A stretch of DNA of 64,000 bases. It comes from Gemmatimonadales bacterium. Lineage in GTDB: Bacteria; Gemmatimonadota; Gemmatimonadetes; Gemmatimonadales; GWC2-71-9. The stretch covers positions 7,061 through 71,060 of the forward strand of contig DATIWD010000025.1 in NCBI GenBank assembly GCA_035519565.1, written 5' to 3'. Shown one piece after another: positions 39,177 to 49,418 of this stretch; within the stretch, counting starts at the first letter, position 1, and the number at the start of each line of letters is the position of its first letter. Position numbers and translations under genes: made by a program. The notes below the pieces were generated by a model. That model did not search any database and was not told where the DNA came from. It saw nothing but the letters and a program-made list of their open reading frames with translations.

Positions 39177-40146
39177 TCTAGGGGGCACCAACATCGTGGC
39201 CGGTTGTGTCCGGGCCGATGGCAACGGACACTTCGGACTCCTGACCGAGCCGACCAGGGCCGAGGAAGGAGCGGACGCGGTGGTCACGCGAATCGTGGCC
39301 CTCGCCCGGCAGAGCATCGCCGCGGCGCGCCAGGAAGTCGCCGGGCTCGAAATCGATGGCGTCGGGATCGGGGCCCCGGGCCCGCTCGACATCCACCGCG
39401 GCATCGTGCATCTGACTCCCAACCTGGGCTGGGTGAACATGCCGCTCCGGGAGCGGATGGTCGCCGGACTCGCCCTGCCGGTGGCACTCGACAATGACGC
39501 CAACTGCGCGGTGCTGGGCGAATGGTGGCGAGGCGCGGCCCGCGGAACCAAGGACGCCATCGGGCTCACCATCGGAACCGGGATCGGCGGCGGGATCATC
39601 ATCGACGGGCGTCTCTATCATGGCGCCACCGACCTGGCGGGCGAGATCGGGCACACCACCATCGACGCCAACGGTCGCCGCTGCAAGTGCGGCAACTACG
39701 GTTGCATCGAGGCCTACGCCTCGGGACCCAACATCGCGCTTCGGGCCATCGAGGCGATCGAGAGCGGCGCCGAGACCGACTTGCCGCGGCGAGTCGGCGG
39801 CGATCTCTCGAAGATCACCGCCCAGACGGTCTACGAAGCGGCCAATGACGACGACCCGGCGGCCCTCGAAGTGGTAACCGATACCGCCAAGTTCCTCGGC
39901 GCCGCGGTCGCCAATCTGGTCAACATCTTCAATCCCGAGGTCGTGGTCGTGTGCGGCGGCGTCACGCTGGCCGGGGATACACTTTTCGTCCCGTTGCGGC
40001 GTGAGGTGTCGCGCCGCGCCTTCAAGCCCGCGGTGCAGGCCTGCCGGATCGTCCCCGGCGAGCTGCCGGGCTGCGCCGGCGTCTACGGAGCGGTGCGCGC
40101 CTTTCAGGAACAGATCGAGGCCGGCATCATCGGCCCGCACGCGTGA
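39154..40146 (+). CDS. ROK-family sugar kinase (glucokinase-like)
   Basis: 330 aa with a GTG start (GIDLGGTNI, GIGGGIIIDGRLYHG, CKCGNYGCIEAYASG zinc motif). Confidence 0.85.
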   Translation: MRCIVGIDLGGTNIVAGCVRADGNGHFGLLTEPTRAEEGADAVVTRIVALARQSIAAARQEVAGLEIDGVGIGAPGPLDIHRGIVHLTPNLGWVNMPLRERMVAGLALPVALDNDANCAVLGEWWRGAARGTKDAIGLTIGTGIGGGIIIDGRLYHGATDLAGEIGHTTIDANGRRCKCGNYGCIEAYASGPNIALRAIEAIESGAETDLPRRVGGDLSKITAQTVYEAANDDDPAALEVVTDTAKFLGAAVANLVNIFNPEVVVVCGGVTLAGDTLFVPLRREVSRRAFKPAVQACRIVPGELPGCAGVYGAVRAFQEQIEAGIIGPHA

Positions 40147-40155
40147 GGCGGATGG

Positions 40156-41115
40156 ATGCGTAAGGTGGGCGTGCTGGGCACCCTGGTCTGGGACGAGATC
40201 TACGGCCGGGACCCGGCCAGCGCGCCGGTGGAGGAGTGGGGTGGGATCGCCTACGCGCTCGCCGGGTTCGACGCGAGTCTGCCGGATGGCTGGGAGCTGG
40301 TTCCCCTGATCAAGGTGGGACGGGACCTCAGTCCCAGGGCCGCCGAGCTGATGCGCACCTTCTCCCGTCTGGCCCCGGGAGCCCGGTGCGTGGAGGTTCC
40401 GGTCCCCAACAACCGGGTGACCCTCCGCTATCAGTCCGACGAGCGGCGCTGCGAGCGAATGTCGGGCGGGGTGCCCGCCTGGGTCTGGAGCGAGCTGGGG
40501 CCCCTGGTCGCCGACCTCGACGCGGTCTACGTGAATTTCATCTCGGGGTTCGAGCTGGGGCTGGGAACCGCCCAGGCACTCCGGCACGGGGTCCGGGGTC
40601 CGATCTATGCCGACCTCCACAGCCTGCTGCTCGGGATGCCGCAGGATGGCGTCAGGGTTCCTTCCACTCTCCCCGATGCTGCGGCCTGGCTCGGCTGCTT
40701 CGACGTCATCCAGGTGAACGAAGACGAGATGCGGCAGCTTTCTCCCGATCCGCTGGCACTCGCCGCCGACACTATCGCGGCTGGGGTTTCACTCCTGGCC
40801 GTGACCCTGGGCCCGCGCGGCGCCATCTACGTGGCGGCGCCCGGATTCGAGAAGCTGACCCTCGACCGCCGCGCGCAGGGGATCCCTCCAGTCCATCCGA
40901 TCCGCACCGCCCGCGTCGAGGGCGAACGGATCGAGGTCCTGGATCCCACCGGCTGCGGCGATGTCTTTGGCGCCACCCTGTTCAGCCGGCTGTTGGCGGG
41001 AGATCCGGTCGTCACCGCCATGACCACCGCCAATCGAATGGCGGGGCGGGCCGCTGTCTACCGGGGCGCCAGCAGCCTGGCCCGCCACCTCCGCGGGGAG
41101 CTCCTGGCGGTATGA
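40156..41115 (+). CDS. PfkB-family carbohydrate kinase
   Basis: 319 aa. The C-terminal DPTGCGDVFGATLFSRLLAG is the PfkB signature-2 type. Confidence 0.75.
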   Translation: MRKVGVLGTLVWDEIYGRDPASAPVEEWGGIAYALAGFDASLPDGWELVPLIKVGRDLSPRAAELMRTFSRLAPGARCVEVPVPNNRVTLRYQSDERRCERMSGGVPAWVWSELGPLVADLDAVYVNFISGFELGLGTAQALRHGVRGPIYADLHSLLLGMPQDGVRVPSTLPDAAAWLGCFDVIQVNEDEMRQLSPDPLALAADTIAAGVSLLAVTLGPRGAIYVAAPGFEKLTLDRRAQGIPPVHPIRTARVEGERIEVLDPTGCGDVFGATLFSRLLAGDPVVTAMTTANRMAGRAAVYRGASSLARHLRGELLAV

Positions 41116-42014
41116 CCCGGGTCGTGGAGGTGCCGGCTTCGTTCGACGACAAGAGCTTCGACCAGTTCGCCCAGTCGTTCGCCTCAGGCGATCCGGCCCA
41201 GCGGGCCCTGTTCGACGCGCGGGGCGCTCAATGGGCCTCCCCCTATGGCCTGGTGGGAATGCTTACCGCCGGTCAGGTGCTCAAGGAACAGCGACGTGAG
41301 CGGCCCCTCTTTACGGTCCCATCCAGCGACGACGTCCGCCGCTACTGGGCCCGGACGGGTTTCTTCCGTTACGCGGCTGAATTCTTCGAAATTCACGGCA
41401 AGGTGCCCCGCACCAAGGTGGAGGACGACGCCGATTACCTTCTTCCGGTGACGCCGGTTCGCGCTTCGGAAGACGTTCACGCGGTGGTCGGCGCGATTCA
41501 GGAGCGGGCGGCCCGCATGTTAACCGGCGAACTGGGTCTCGAGGCCAAGGCCACCATCGGTTTTGCTATGGCGCTTTCGGAGGCATGTCAGAATATTGTG
41601 GAGCACGCAGGCACCGGCGGATGGGTAGCGGTCCACGCGTATACTTTTCGCAAGCGGCTCGGCCGGCGGGTCGTCGTGATCGCGGTCAGCGATGGCGGCG
41701 TGGGATTCAGCCACTCGCTGGAAAGCACCCAGGCCCGCCGCTTCGGGGACCGCTGGGGTGACGCCGCCGCGCTGGAAGCCGCCGTCATCCAGGGGGTCAG
41801 CCGGTTCAGGGACCCCGGACGCGGCCAGGGCCTGGCCGGCATCAAGCGCTACCTCACCCGGTGGAATGGCAAGCTCTCGATCCGGAGCGGGACGGCACGG
41901 ATCGCCATCGTGCCGCCATGGGATGACGACGTGCCGATGAGCGAGGACCTGCCGTTCTTTCCCGGGTCGCAACTTCAGGTCGTGATTCCCGCCCAAACCG
42001 AGATCGACGGATGA
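41112..42014 (+). CDS. GHKL/HATPase-type ATP-binding protein (anti-sigma-factor-kinase-like) with unknown N-terminal domain
   Basis: This is the real part of track ORF 40236..42014. The ATG at 41112 overlaps the pfkB stop (ATGA). N box (LSEACQNIVEHAG), G1 (SDGGVGF), G2 (GRGQGLAGI). The N-terminal 130 or so aa are unassigned. Confidence 0.7.
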   Translation: MTRVVEVPASFDDKSFDQFAQSFASGDPAQRALFDARGAQWASPYGLVGMLTAGQVLKEQRRERPLFTVPSSDDVRRYWARTGFFRYAAEFFEIHGKVPRTKVEDDADYLLPVTPVRASEDVHAVVGAIQERAARMLTGELGLEAKATIGFAMALSEACQNIVEHAGTGGWVAVHAYTFRKRLGRRVVVIAVSDGGVGFSHSLESTQARRFGDRWGDAAALEAAVIQGVSRFRDPGRGQGLAGIKRYLTRWNGKLSIRSGTARIAIVPPWDDDVPMSEDLPFFPGSQLQVVIPAQTEIDG

Positions 42015-42553
42015 TCCTCACCATTATGGTAGAGCGGGTGCTCCGGGAGACGGTCCAGGTACCTTACCGGGATCTGGTCACCCGCAGCACCGGCGCCGCC
42101 GTCCGCACCGGCATCGAGCGGGCCATCGCCGAAGGCGGCTGCGCCACCACCCTGCTCGACTTCTCGGAGGTTGGGCTCCTCGACTTCAGCTGCGCCGACG
42201 AAGTCGTCGCCAAGTTGCTGCTCCGCACCCAGACCGAGGACGACCGATATGTCGTCCTCTCCGGTCTCCGGGAAGAGCATTTCGAGGCCATCGATCACGT
42301 CTTGAACCACCATCAGATCGCGGTCCTGGCGAAGGTCGAGGCCGAAGCTGCCCCACGGGCCCTGGGCCGGCTCGCGCCGGAATTGCAGGACGCCCTGGCC
42401 GCGGCGCAGCAACTCGAGACCGGCGATGCGGAGAGTCTGGCCGACGCGATCGGCTGGACCGTGGAACACGCCGCCGACGCCCTGCAATCGCTCGCTCTGC
42501 TCCGCTTGCTCTGCGCCGATCAGGGTCACTTCCGTCGAATCCCTCTGACATGA
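42011..42553 (+). CDS. STAS-like (DUF4325-type) protein with probable C-terminal winged-helix
   Basis: 180 aa. The N-terminal half (TTLLDFSEVGLLDFSCADEVVAKLL, VVLSGLREEHFEAI) resembles the STAS-like DUF4325 pattern. The C-terminal ESLADAIGWTVEHAADALQSLALLRLLCADQGHFR looks like a wHTH. ATGA overlaps on both sides. Confidence 0.55.
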   Translation: MILTIMVERVLRETVQVPYRDLVTRSTGAAVRTGIERAIAEGGCATTLLDFSEVGLLDFSCADEVVAKLLLRTQTEDDRYVVLSGLREEHFEAIDHVLNHHQIAVLAKVEAEAAPRALGRLAPELQDALAAAQQLETGDAESLADAIGWTVEHAADALQSLALLRLLCADQGHFRRIPLT

Positions 42554-43706
42554 CCAAACGCAAGCTCGGACTCTCCACGCTCGCCATCCACGGGCAGCCG
42601 CACCGGCGGGCCGACTGGACGCCCGTGGTCTCCCCGATCTTCCAGAGCAGCACTTTCACCAATCCGATCGGGTCCGATGAAGAGGTCATGTATTCGCGGT
42701 ACGGCAACAACCCCAACCAGATCAGCGTGGCCCAGAAGTACGCCGCGCTGGAAGGGGCGGAAGCCGCGATCTTCCTGGCCAGCGGAATGGCGGCCACCGC
42801 GTTGGCCCACTTCGCCGTGCTCCGTCCCGGCGACCACCTGCTCTCCAGCTCCTGGATCTACGGCGGGACTCGGCGGCTGTTTGACGAAGAGTTCGCCCGG
42901 CTGGGCATCGAGGTCAGCTACGTGCAGCCCGATCAGCCCCGGCTCTGGCGCCGGTCGGTCCGCAAAGCCACCCGCGCCATCTTCGTCGAGACCCCGACCA
43001 ATCCCCTGCTCCGCCTGCTCGACCTGATCCCGGTGGCCCAAATCGCCAAGGAAGCGGGACTGGCACTCCTGGTAGATGCCACCTTCGCGAGTCCCATCAA
43101 CTTCCGCCCGCTGGAGCACGGCGCCGACGTGGTGATCACCAGCGCCACCAAGTACCTCAACGGCCACAGCGATGTGGTGGCGGGCGCGGTCGCGGGCACC
43201 GCCTCGCTGGTCGAGGAGGTCACGCGCCTGATGATGCTCTGGGGACAGGCGATCGATCCCCACGCCGCCTGGCTGGTCGAGCGCGGGATGTCCACCCTGG
43301 CCGTCCGCATCGCTCGACACAACGCCAACGGACTCGCCGTCGCCAAGTGGGCGGCGCAGCACTCCGGCATCAGCAAGGTCTACTATCCCGGTCTCCCGTC
43401 GCATCCCGAGTACGAGTTGGCCTGCCAGGTGCTGGACGGGTTCGGCGGCATGGTCGGCCTCGAGCTCAAGGGCAGCGTCAAGACCACCGAGCGATTCCTC
43501 AAGCGGCTCAAGCTGGTCGCCCACGCCCCCAGCCTGGCCGGCGTGGAGAGCCTGATCTCCGAGCCCCGACTCACCTCCCATCGCCATCTCACTGAAGAGC
43601 AGCGTGCCAAACTCGGCATCGCCGACGGGTTCGTCCGCCTCAGTTGCGGGCTGGAGGACGCCGACGATCTGATCGCCGACCTGGAACAGGCACTGGGACA
43701 CGCCTA

Positions 43707-43707
<1 letters not shown>
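42550..43707 (+). CDS. PLP-dependent trans-sulfuration enzyme (cystathionine gamma-synthase/beta-lyase family)
   Basis: 385 aa with Cys/Met-metabolism PLP family motifs (YSRYGNNPN, SATKYLNGHSD carrying the PLP lysine, RLSCGLED). Confidence 0.85.
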
Positions 43708-44395
<688 letters not shown>

Positions 44396-44399
<4 letters not shown>

Positions 44400-45265
44400 G
44401 GCTCCTCTTCCGGGAAGCGATCCTCACCTTCCGCCGGGCGCCCCTGCTCTCGGCGCTTTCCATCATTACCATTGCCTTTGCGCTCTACGTGGTCGGCCTG
44501 TTCGGCCTGGTCGCGCTGAACCTGCAGCGGGCCCTGAAGCAGGTCGAAGAGCGGGTCGAAATTGTAGCCTACCTCCTGCGCAACACCCCTCCCGAATCGG
44601 TCGCCCTCGCCTCCCAGGAGATCTCGGCGTTTCCCGAGGTGCTGAGCGTGAACTACGTCAGCGACGAGGAAGCGTTGCGACGGGCCCGAAGCGGGTTGGT
44701 CGAGTTCCGCGACGCGTACCGGGACCTCCAGGTCAACCCGCTTCCCGCCTCGATCGAAATCCGGCTCAAGGCCGGATTCCGCGACGCGGCCGCGGTTCGG
44801 AACGTGGCGGACCGACTGCGCGGCTACAGCTTCATCGAAGAAGTGCGCTACGGCCGGGAGTGGGTGGAGAAGCTCGACCACCTGCGCAATCTCTCCGGCG
44901 TTGTGGTCCTCATGATCGGCCTGGCCTTCGCGGTGGTGGCCGTCGTGATCATCGGGGTCACCATCCGGATCACCGTGCTCCAGCGCGCCAAGGAAATCAT
45001 GATCATGCGCCTGGTCGGAGCCACCAACTGGTTCATCCGGGGACCCTTCCTGCTGGAAGGCGCGCTCAAGGGGCTGCTGGGCGGACTGCTCAGCGCCGCC
45101 ATGTGCTACGGGAGCTACCTGCTCTTCCGCGGCAATACCGAGGTGGCCCGGGAAGGTCTGGTCTTCTTTCAGACTCCCCAGCTCGTCATGGGAGTGCTCT
45201 TCGGGATCGTGATCGGACTGGGCGGGAGCCTGGTCAGCGTGGGGCGGCACCTGCGGAATGTGTGA
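44396..45265 (+). CDS. ftsX: cell-division permease-like protein FtsX
   Basis: 289 aa with FtsX topology: TM1, a periplasmic alpha/beta domain and three C-terminal TMs. 4-nt overlap with ftsE. Confidence 0.85.
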
Positions 45266-46457
45266 CCGTTGGCTCCGCGCCGCCGCCCTCCTGGTCGCAC
45301 TCGGATTGCTGGGCGCCGTCACCTCACTCTCGGCGCAAACTCCCCAAAGCATCGATGAGAGCCGCAAACGGCTCGAGGAAATCCGGCGCGAGCGCGAAGA
45401 GCTCCAGGCCGACCACGAACGGCTCCAGGGCCAGGTCCACGACCTGACCGAGGAGCTCGACAACCTCGAACGCCAGCGCCAGGCCACCAACCGGATCGTC
45501 AACGAGCTGGACACCCAGATCGGCGGACTCAACCGCCAGGGCGATCGGCTCAACAGCGAGCTGGCCCTGGCCCAGGACAATCTCGCCGAGCGTCGGGCCG
45601 TGCTCGATCGCCGGCTGATCGACATCTACAAGCGCGGGCCGCTCTACTCGTTCGAGGTAATGGTAGGAGCCGAATCGTTCGGAGACCTGGTCAGCCGCTA
45701 CAAGTATCTGTTTCTCACCAGCCGGCAGGACCGGGACCTGGTCTCCGACGTGGAGCGACTCCGGGACCAGGTCGCCAGCCGGCGGGCGCAGCTGGTCACG
45801 GTGAGAGCCGAGCTGGGACGGAACCGCGAGGAGCGGGAAAGCGAGCTCAAGAACTACAGCGACCTGGCCTTCGAGCGATCCAAGCGCCTGCGGGACGCCA
45901 AGCGCTCCAGCCGCACCGCCGAGCAGCGCCTCACGGCACTCGAGCGGGACGAACAGCGGATCAACGACCTGATCGCGACCCTGGAACGGGAGCGGCTGGG
46001 TCGCGAGCGGACCAGCGTGGCCGGGGCCGCGCGCACTCCCGGTTCCATCAGCACCAGCGACATCGGCAAGCTCGACTGGCCGGTCGAAGGCCGGATTCTC
46101 TACCGGTTCGGCCGGGACACGCTGGCCAGCGGTGGGGTGATCCGGCACAACGGCATCGGGATCGGGGCCCCGGTCGGGACCCCGGTGAAGGCGGTCGAAG
46201 CCGGTCGCATCATTCTCGCCCAGTTGATGCAGACCTACGGCCTCTCCATCCTGCTCGACCACGGCAACGGCTACTACTCCTTCTACTCACACCTGGGCAC
46301 GCTGAGTGCCAGATCGGGAGACCAGGTGGCGCGGGGCCAGGCAATCGGAACGGTGGGTGGGGAGAACAGCGACCAGGGGCCGCATCTGTACTTCGAAATC
46401 CGCGGCGAGAGCGGGATTGCGTTAGATCCCGCGGAGTGGCTGAAGAAGCGGCGCTGA
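45258..46457 (+). CDS. envC: murein hydrolase activator EnvC-like (coiled coil + M23 peptidase domain)
   Basis: 399 aa. Signal peptide, a long coiled coil, and a C-terminal M23/LytM domain (GIGIGAPVGTPVKAV, LLDHGNGYYSFYSHL, GPHLYFEIR). Confidence 0.8.
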   Translation: MCDRWLRAAALLVALGLLGAVTSLSAQTPQSIDESRKRLEEIRREREELQADHERLQGQVHDLTEELDNLERQRQATNRIVNELDTQIGGLNRQGDRLNSELALAQDNLAERRAVLDRRLIDIYKRGPLYSFEVMVGAESFGDLVSRYKYLFLTSRQDRDLVSDVERLRDQVASRRAQLVTVRAELGRNREERESELKNYSDLAFERSKRLRDAKRSSRTAEQRLTALERDEQRINDLIATLERERLGRERTSVAGAARTPGSISTSDIGKLDWPVEGRILYRFGRDTLASGGVIRHNGIGIGAPVGTPVKAVEAGRIILAQLMQTYGLSILLDHGNGYYSFYSHLGTLSARSGDQVARGQAIGTVGGENSDQGPHLYFEIRGESGIALDPAEWLKKRR

Positions 46458-46462
46458 GACAC

Positions 46463-46924
46463 ATGGCCGAGCCGGTCGTCTACGACAAAGCGAAGTATCA
46501 CTACGATGGCAAGTTCCCACCCGAGCTCCCCACAGAGCAGGCCTTCGTCCATCCGGGGCTCTACCTTGGCTGGCTCATCGACCTGAATCTCTACTCCGCA
46601 GACTTTGCCGAGTAGGCCGCCGACCAGATCGCCGCCTTCCGCACGCGCGAACGCACTGGCCCGCAGGTCTAGGAGTGGTGCGACGGCGTCCTCCTGGATG
46701 ACATGCTGAACGGCGAGGGGAAGGCCTTCTCGCAGGCCCACTTCGATTTCGAGCGTGGCCCGTTCCTCGTTGACTACGAGCAACTGCTAGGGAAGAGCTT
46801 ACCGACGCTCTACCACGTCGCTGACACCTGGGAGAACTACGATTTGCTGAAGGCGCGTATCGATGAGCGGTTCGCGACCTGGAAGGCTGGCGGCGCCAGG
46901 AAGGCGTGGCAGTTGGAAGCGGCG
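46463..46924 (+). pseudogene. decayed small conserved gene: one reading frame interrupted by two in-frame TAG codons; native stop missing
   Basis: Frame opened by the ATG at 46463: MAEPVVYDKAKYHYDGKFPPELPTEQAFVHPGLYLGWLIDLNLYSADFAE-TAG(46613)-AADQIAAFRTRERTGPQV-TAG(46670)-EWCDGVLLDDMLNGEGKAFSQAHFDFERGPFLVDYEQLL...ARIDERFATWKAGG. The frame then runs antisense into the GGDEF gene as far as 47203. The 3' limit given here is nominal. Confidence 0.5.
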
Positions 46925-48418
46925 TTAGGCCGCGACGTTCTCCGCCGTGCCGATCCGCCCGTCCGTCTGCGCCTTCCCCCTGAGCAACGCCGCCTCCACC
47001 AACGCAAAGAGATCCTTGATCTCCGCCGCCGAGGGATGGGGGAAGGTGACAATCCCCGCGCTGAGTTGCGGGCGGTCGGTAGGCTGAAGATCCGGGAAGG
47101 GATGACTCGAGACCAGGTGCCGCACCCGCCGCACCGAAGAAGTGGCCCCTTCGAGATCGGTCTCCGGCAGGACCAGCGCGAACTCGTCCCCCCCGTAGCG
47201 TGACACGAAATCGGGAGCCCGAAGCTCCCGCTGCAGCAATCCTCCCAGCTCCGACATCACCTTGTCGCCGACCGGCGTGCCGAACCGCTCGTTGAACCGG
47301 CGCAGCTGGTCCACGTCGAGTAGTACCACGCTGAAGCTCAGGGCATAGCGGCGGGCCCGCTCGAACTCCTCCCGGATCCGGCGGTCCAGCGCGTCCAGGC
47401 TCCCGCAGCCGGTGAGCAGGTCGGTGGAGATGGCGCCGGCCTGGCGGCGACCGATCGACGCACGGCGCTCTTCGTTCTCCAGCAACCGCGACGCGGCGTG
47501 GGCCAGCGTGGCGGCGAACTCGATCTGCTCCGGATTGAGCGGAGGGTCCTGCCGGGCGGTGCGAAGCAGGAAGACTCCGCCGGTCCGACCCTGCAGCGCC
47601 ACCGGTATCACCGCCTCGCTTCGAATGTCGACCGTGACCCCCTGCTCCGCCCACAGCGGGCGGATGTCCTGGAACAGCGGATCGGTCGCCATCTCGGTGA
47701 CCAGGACCGGGCGGCCGGTGCGGAGCCCCTCCTGGATCTCCGGGTAGCGGTTAAGATCCACGCGGAGATCGCGGGTGGCCGGGCTCTCGCACACCGCCAC
47801 CACGCGACCGTAGCGCTCCCCCGGCGCGGCCACGATGAACGAGCAGTGCGCCAGCTCCAGCGCCAGCCCGACCCGTCGCACCAGCGTCTCCACGATCTCA
47901 TCGGACCGGAGCGCCGACGCGAGGTCCTGCAGGATCTCGAACATGAGCTCGCGGGAGAGCATCGCCTCCTGGGCCGACTGCGCATCATCCCGGGTACGAA
48001 GCCGGGCCCGGAGTCGCGCATTCAGCTCGGCCAGGTTGATCGGCGGGGCGACGGCGTCGTCGGCGCCCAGCTCGAGCGCCCGGGTCGGTCCGTCGCGGTC
48101 GGCGGCGGCCAGCACCACCACACGGGGCACGGCGCGCCAGGGCGGAGTCTCCAGTTGTTCCAGATCGGCGGCGAGCACTTCATCGGCACGCTGGGCGGTG
48201 AGCACCACGACTTCGGCGAGACTGGCTGGCGGCTGGTCCGCGCCTACCCGTTCCGCCTCGGTCACCTGGAAACCGCCGCGCACCAGCGCGCGCTCGAGGC
48301 CCTCGGGGCGGGCCGCGGGGTCGCCCAGGAGCAGGATGCGGGGACGGCTGGCGTCGGTCACGGGATCAACAGCGGGGATAGGCCGGGAGGAACGTACGCC
48401 ACGGCCCAACGGTGTCAA
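46925..48418 (-). CDS. diguanylate cyclase: pseudo-receiver + GAF + GGDEF
   Basis: 497 aa. The REC-like N-terminus lacks the phospho-Asp (VVVLTAQ) and the conserved Lys. It is followed by a GAF domain and a GGDEF domain with an intact GGDEF and an RxxD I-site five residues upstream (RAPDFVSRYGGDEF). The exact start is uncertain. Confidence 0.85.
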   Translation of the reverse strand: MTPLGRGVRSSRPIPAVDPVTDASRPRILLLGDPAARPEGLERALVRGGFQVTEAERVGADQPPASLAEVVVLTAQRADEVLAADLEQLETPPWRAVPRVVVLAAADRDGPTRALELGADDAVAPPINLAELNARLRARLRTRDDAQSAQEAMLSRELMFEILQDLASALRSDEIVETLVRRVGLALELAHCSFIVAAPGERYGRVVAVCESPATRDLRVDLNRYPEIQEGLRTGRPVLVTEMATDPLFQDIRPLWAEQGVTVDIRSEAVIPVALQGRTGGVFLLRTARQDPPLNPEQIEFAATLAHAASRLLENEERRASIGRRQAGAISTDLLTGCGSLDALDRRIREEFERARRYALSFSVVLLDVDQLRRFNERFGTPVGDKVMSELGGLLQRELRAPDFVSRYGGDEFALVLPETDLEGATSSVRRVRHLVSSHPFPDLQPTDRPQLSAGIVTFPHPSAAEIKDLFALVEAALLRGKAQTDGRIGTAENVAA

Positions 48419-48444
48419 GCAAACTCGAAACCGGTGGACGAGTC

Positions 48445-49314
48445 ATGCTCGGTGATCTCCTGGGGGCCCACGTCTCGACGGCGGGGGGCGTGGACCTCGC
48501 TCCGGCCCGGGCCCGGGCCATCGGCGCCACCGCGATGCAGGTCTTCACCAAGACGCCGAACCAGTGGCGGGAGCCCGCCATCGATCCGGCTGTCGCCCGT
48601 CGGTTTCGCGCGGAGGTTCGTCAGAGCGGCGTACACGCTGTGCTGGCGCACGATTCGTACCTGATCAACCTCGCCTCCCCCGATCCCCAGCTAAGCGCTC
48701 GCTCGATCGCCTCTTTCACCGCCGAACTCCGGCGCTGCCACACGTTTGGTATCCGGTGGGTGGTGTCGCACCCCGGCAACTACATGGATGACCGGGACGC
48801 CGGGCTCCGCAGAAACGCCGAGGGCTATGCGGTCTGTCTTCGGGCCTCGCCCGGAGCCACCATGATCCTGCTCGAGACCACCGCCGGTACCGGCACCGCG
48901 CTGGGCAGCCGCTTCGAGGAGCTGGCTCTCCTCCGTTCCCTGATCCCCACCCCCTTGCGACGTCGCATCGGATTCTGCGCCGACACCTGCCACCTCTACG
49001 CGGCCGGCTACGACCTGGTCGGCGATTTCGATGGCGTCTGGCGGGAGTGGGATCGGGTGCTCGGCTTGCGATACCTGCGCGCGCTGCACCTCAATGATTC
49101 CAAGACCCCGTTCGGCTCCCACCGAGACCGCCACGAGTGCATCGGCGAGGGCTCCCTGGGTGCCGAGCCGTTCCGCCGCCTCATGACCGACCGGCGATTT
49201 CGCCTGATCCCCAAGATCATCGAGACCCCCAAGGGCGACGACCCGCCTGCCCAGGACCGACGGACCCTCCGGCGGCTCCGCGCCTACGCGCGGACCCGGC
49301 GCAGACGCCGCTGA
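48445..49314 (+). CDS. nfo: deoxyribonuclease IV (endonuclease IV)
   Basis: Trimmed to [15 protein letters not shown] (ATG at 48445). Metal-ligand motifs present ([37 protein letters not shown]). Confidence 0.9.
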   Translation: MLGDLLGAHVSTAGGVDLAPARARAIGATAMQVFTKTPNQWREPAIDPAVARRFRAEVRQSGVHAVLAHDSYLINLASPDPQLSARSIASFTAELRRCHTFGIRWVVSHPGNYMDDRDAGLRRNAEGYAVCLRASPGATMILLETTAGTGTALGSRFEELALLRSLIPTPLRRRIGFCADTCHLYAAGYDLVGDFDGVWREWDRVLGLRYLRALHLNDSKTPFGSHRDRHECIGEGSLGAEPFRRLMTDRRFRLIPKIIETPKGDDPPAQDRRTLRRLRAYARTRRRRR

Positions 49315-49418
49315 CCGCTGCGGCGGTTGCGAGGCGGCCGAGCAACGCCGACATTTACGCCCTGCCGCTCGCCGGCGCCATCGGGGCCCGGCGGAACACC
49401 ATGGGACGGAGTCCTGGC

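Noticed and set aside
37722-39602. 626-aa minus-strand ORF
   Set aside because: It is antisense to lepA, the heptosyltransferase and the ROK kinase. No domains were recognised. It is a high-GC shadow ORF.
40236-41111. N-terminal 292 aa of the 592-aa + ORF 40236..42014
   Set aside because: This part overlaps the PfkB kinase out of frame and is Arg/Gly/Pro-rich. The real gene starts at the ATG at 41112, coupled (ATGA) to the pfkB stop.
46613-46672. The two in-frame TAGs as pyrrolysine or programmed readthrough sites
   Set aside because: There are no pyl genes or suppressor tRNA in the window, the gene also lacks a proper 3' end, and a pseudogene is the simpler explanation. It is kept as a finding only for verification.
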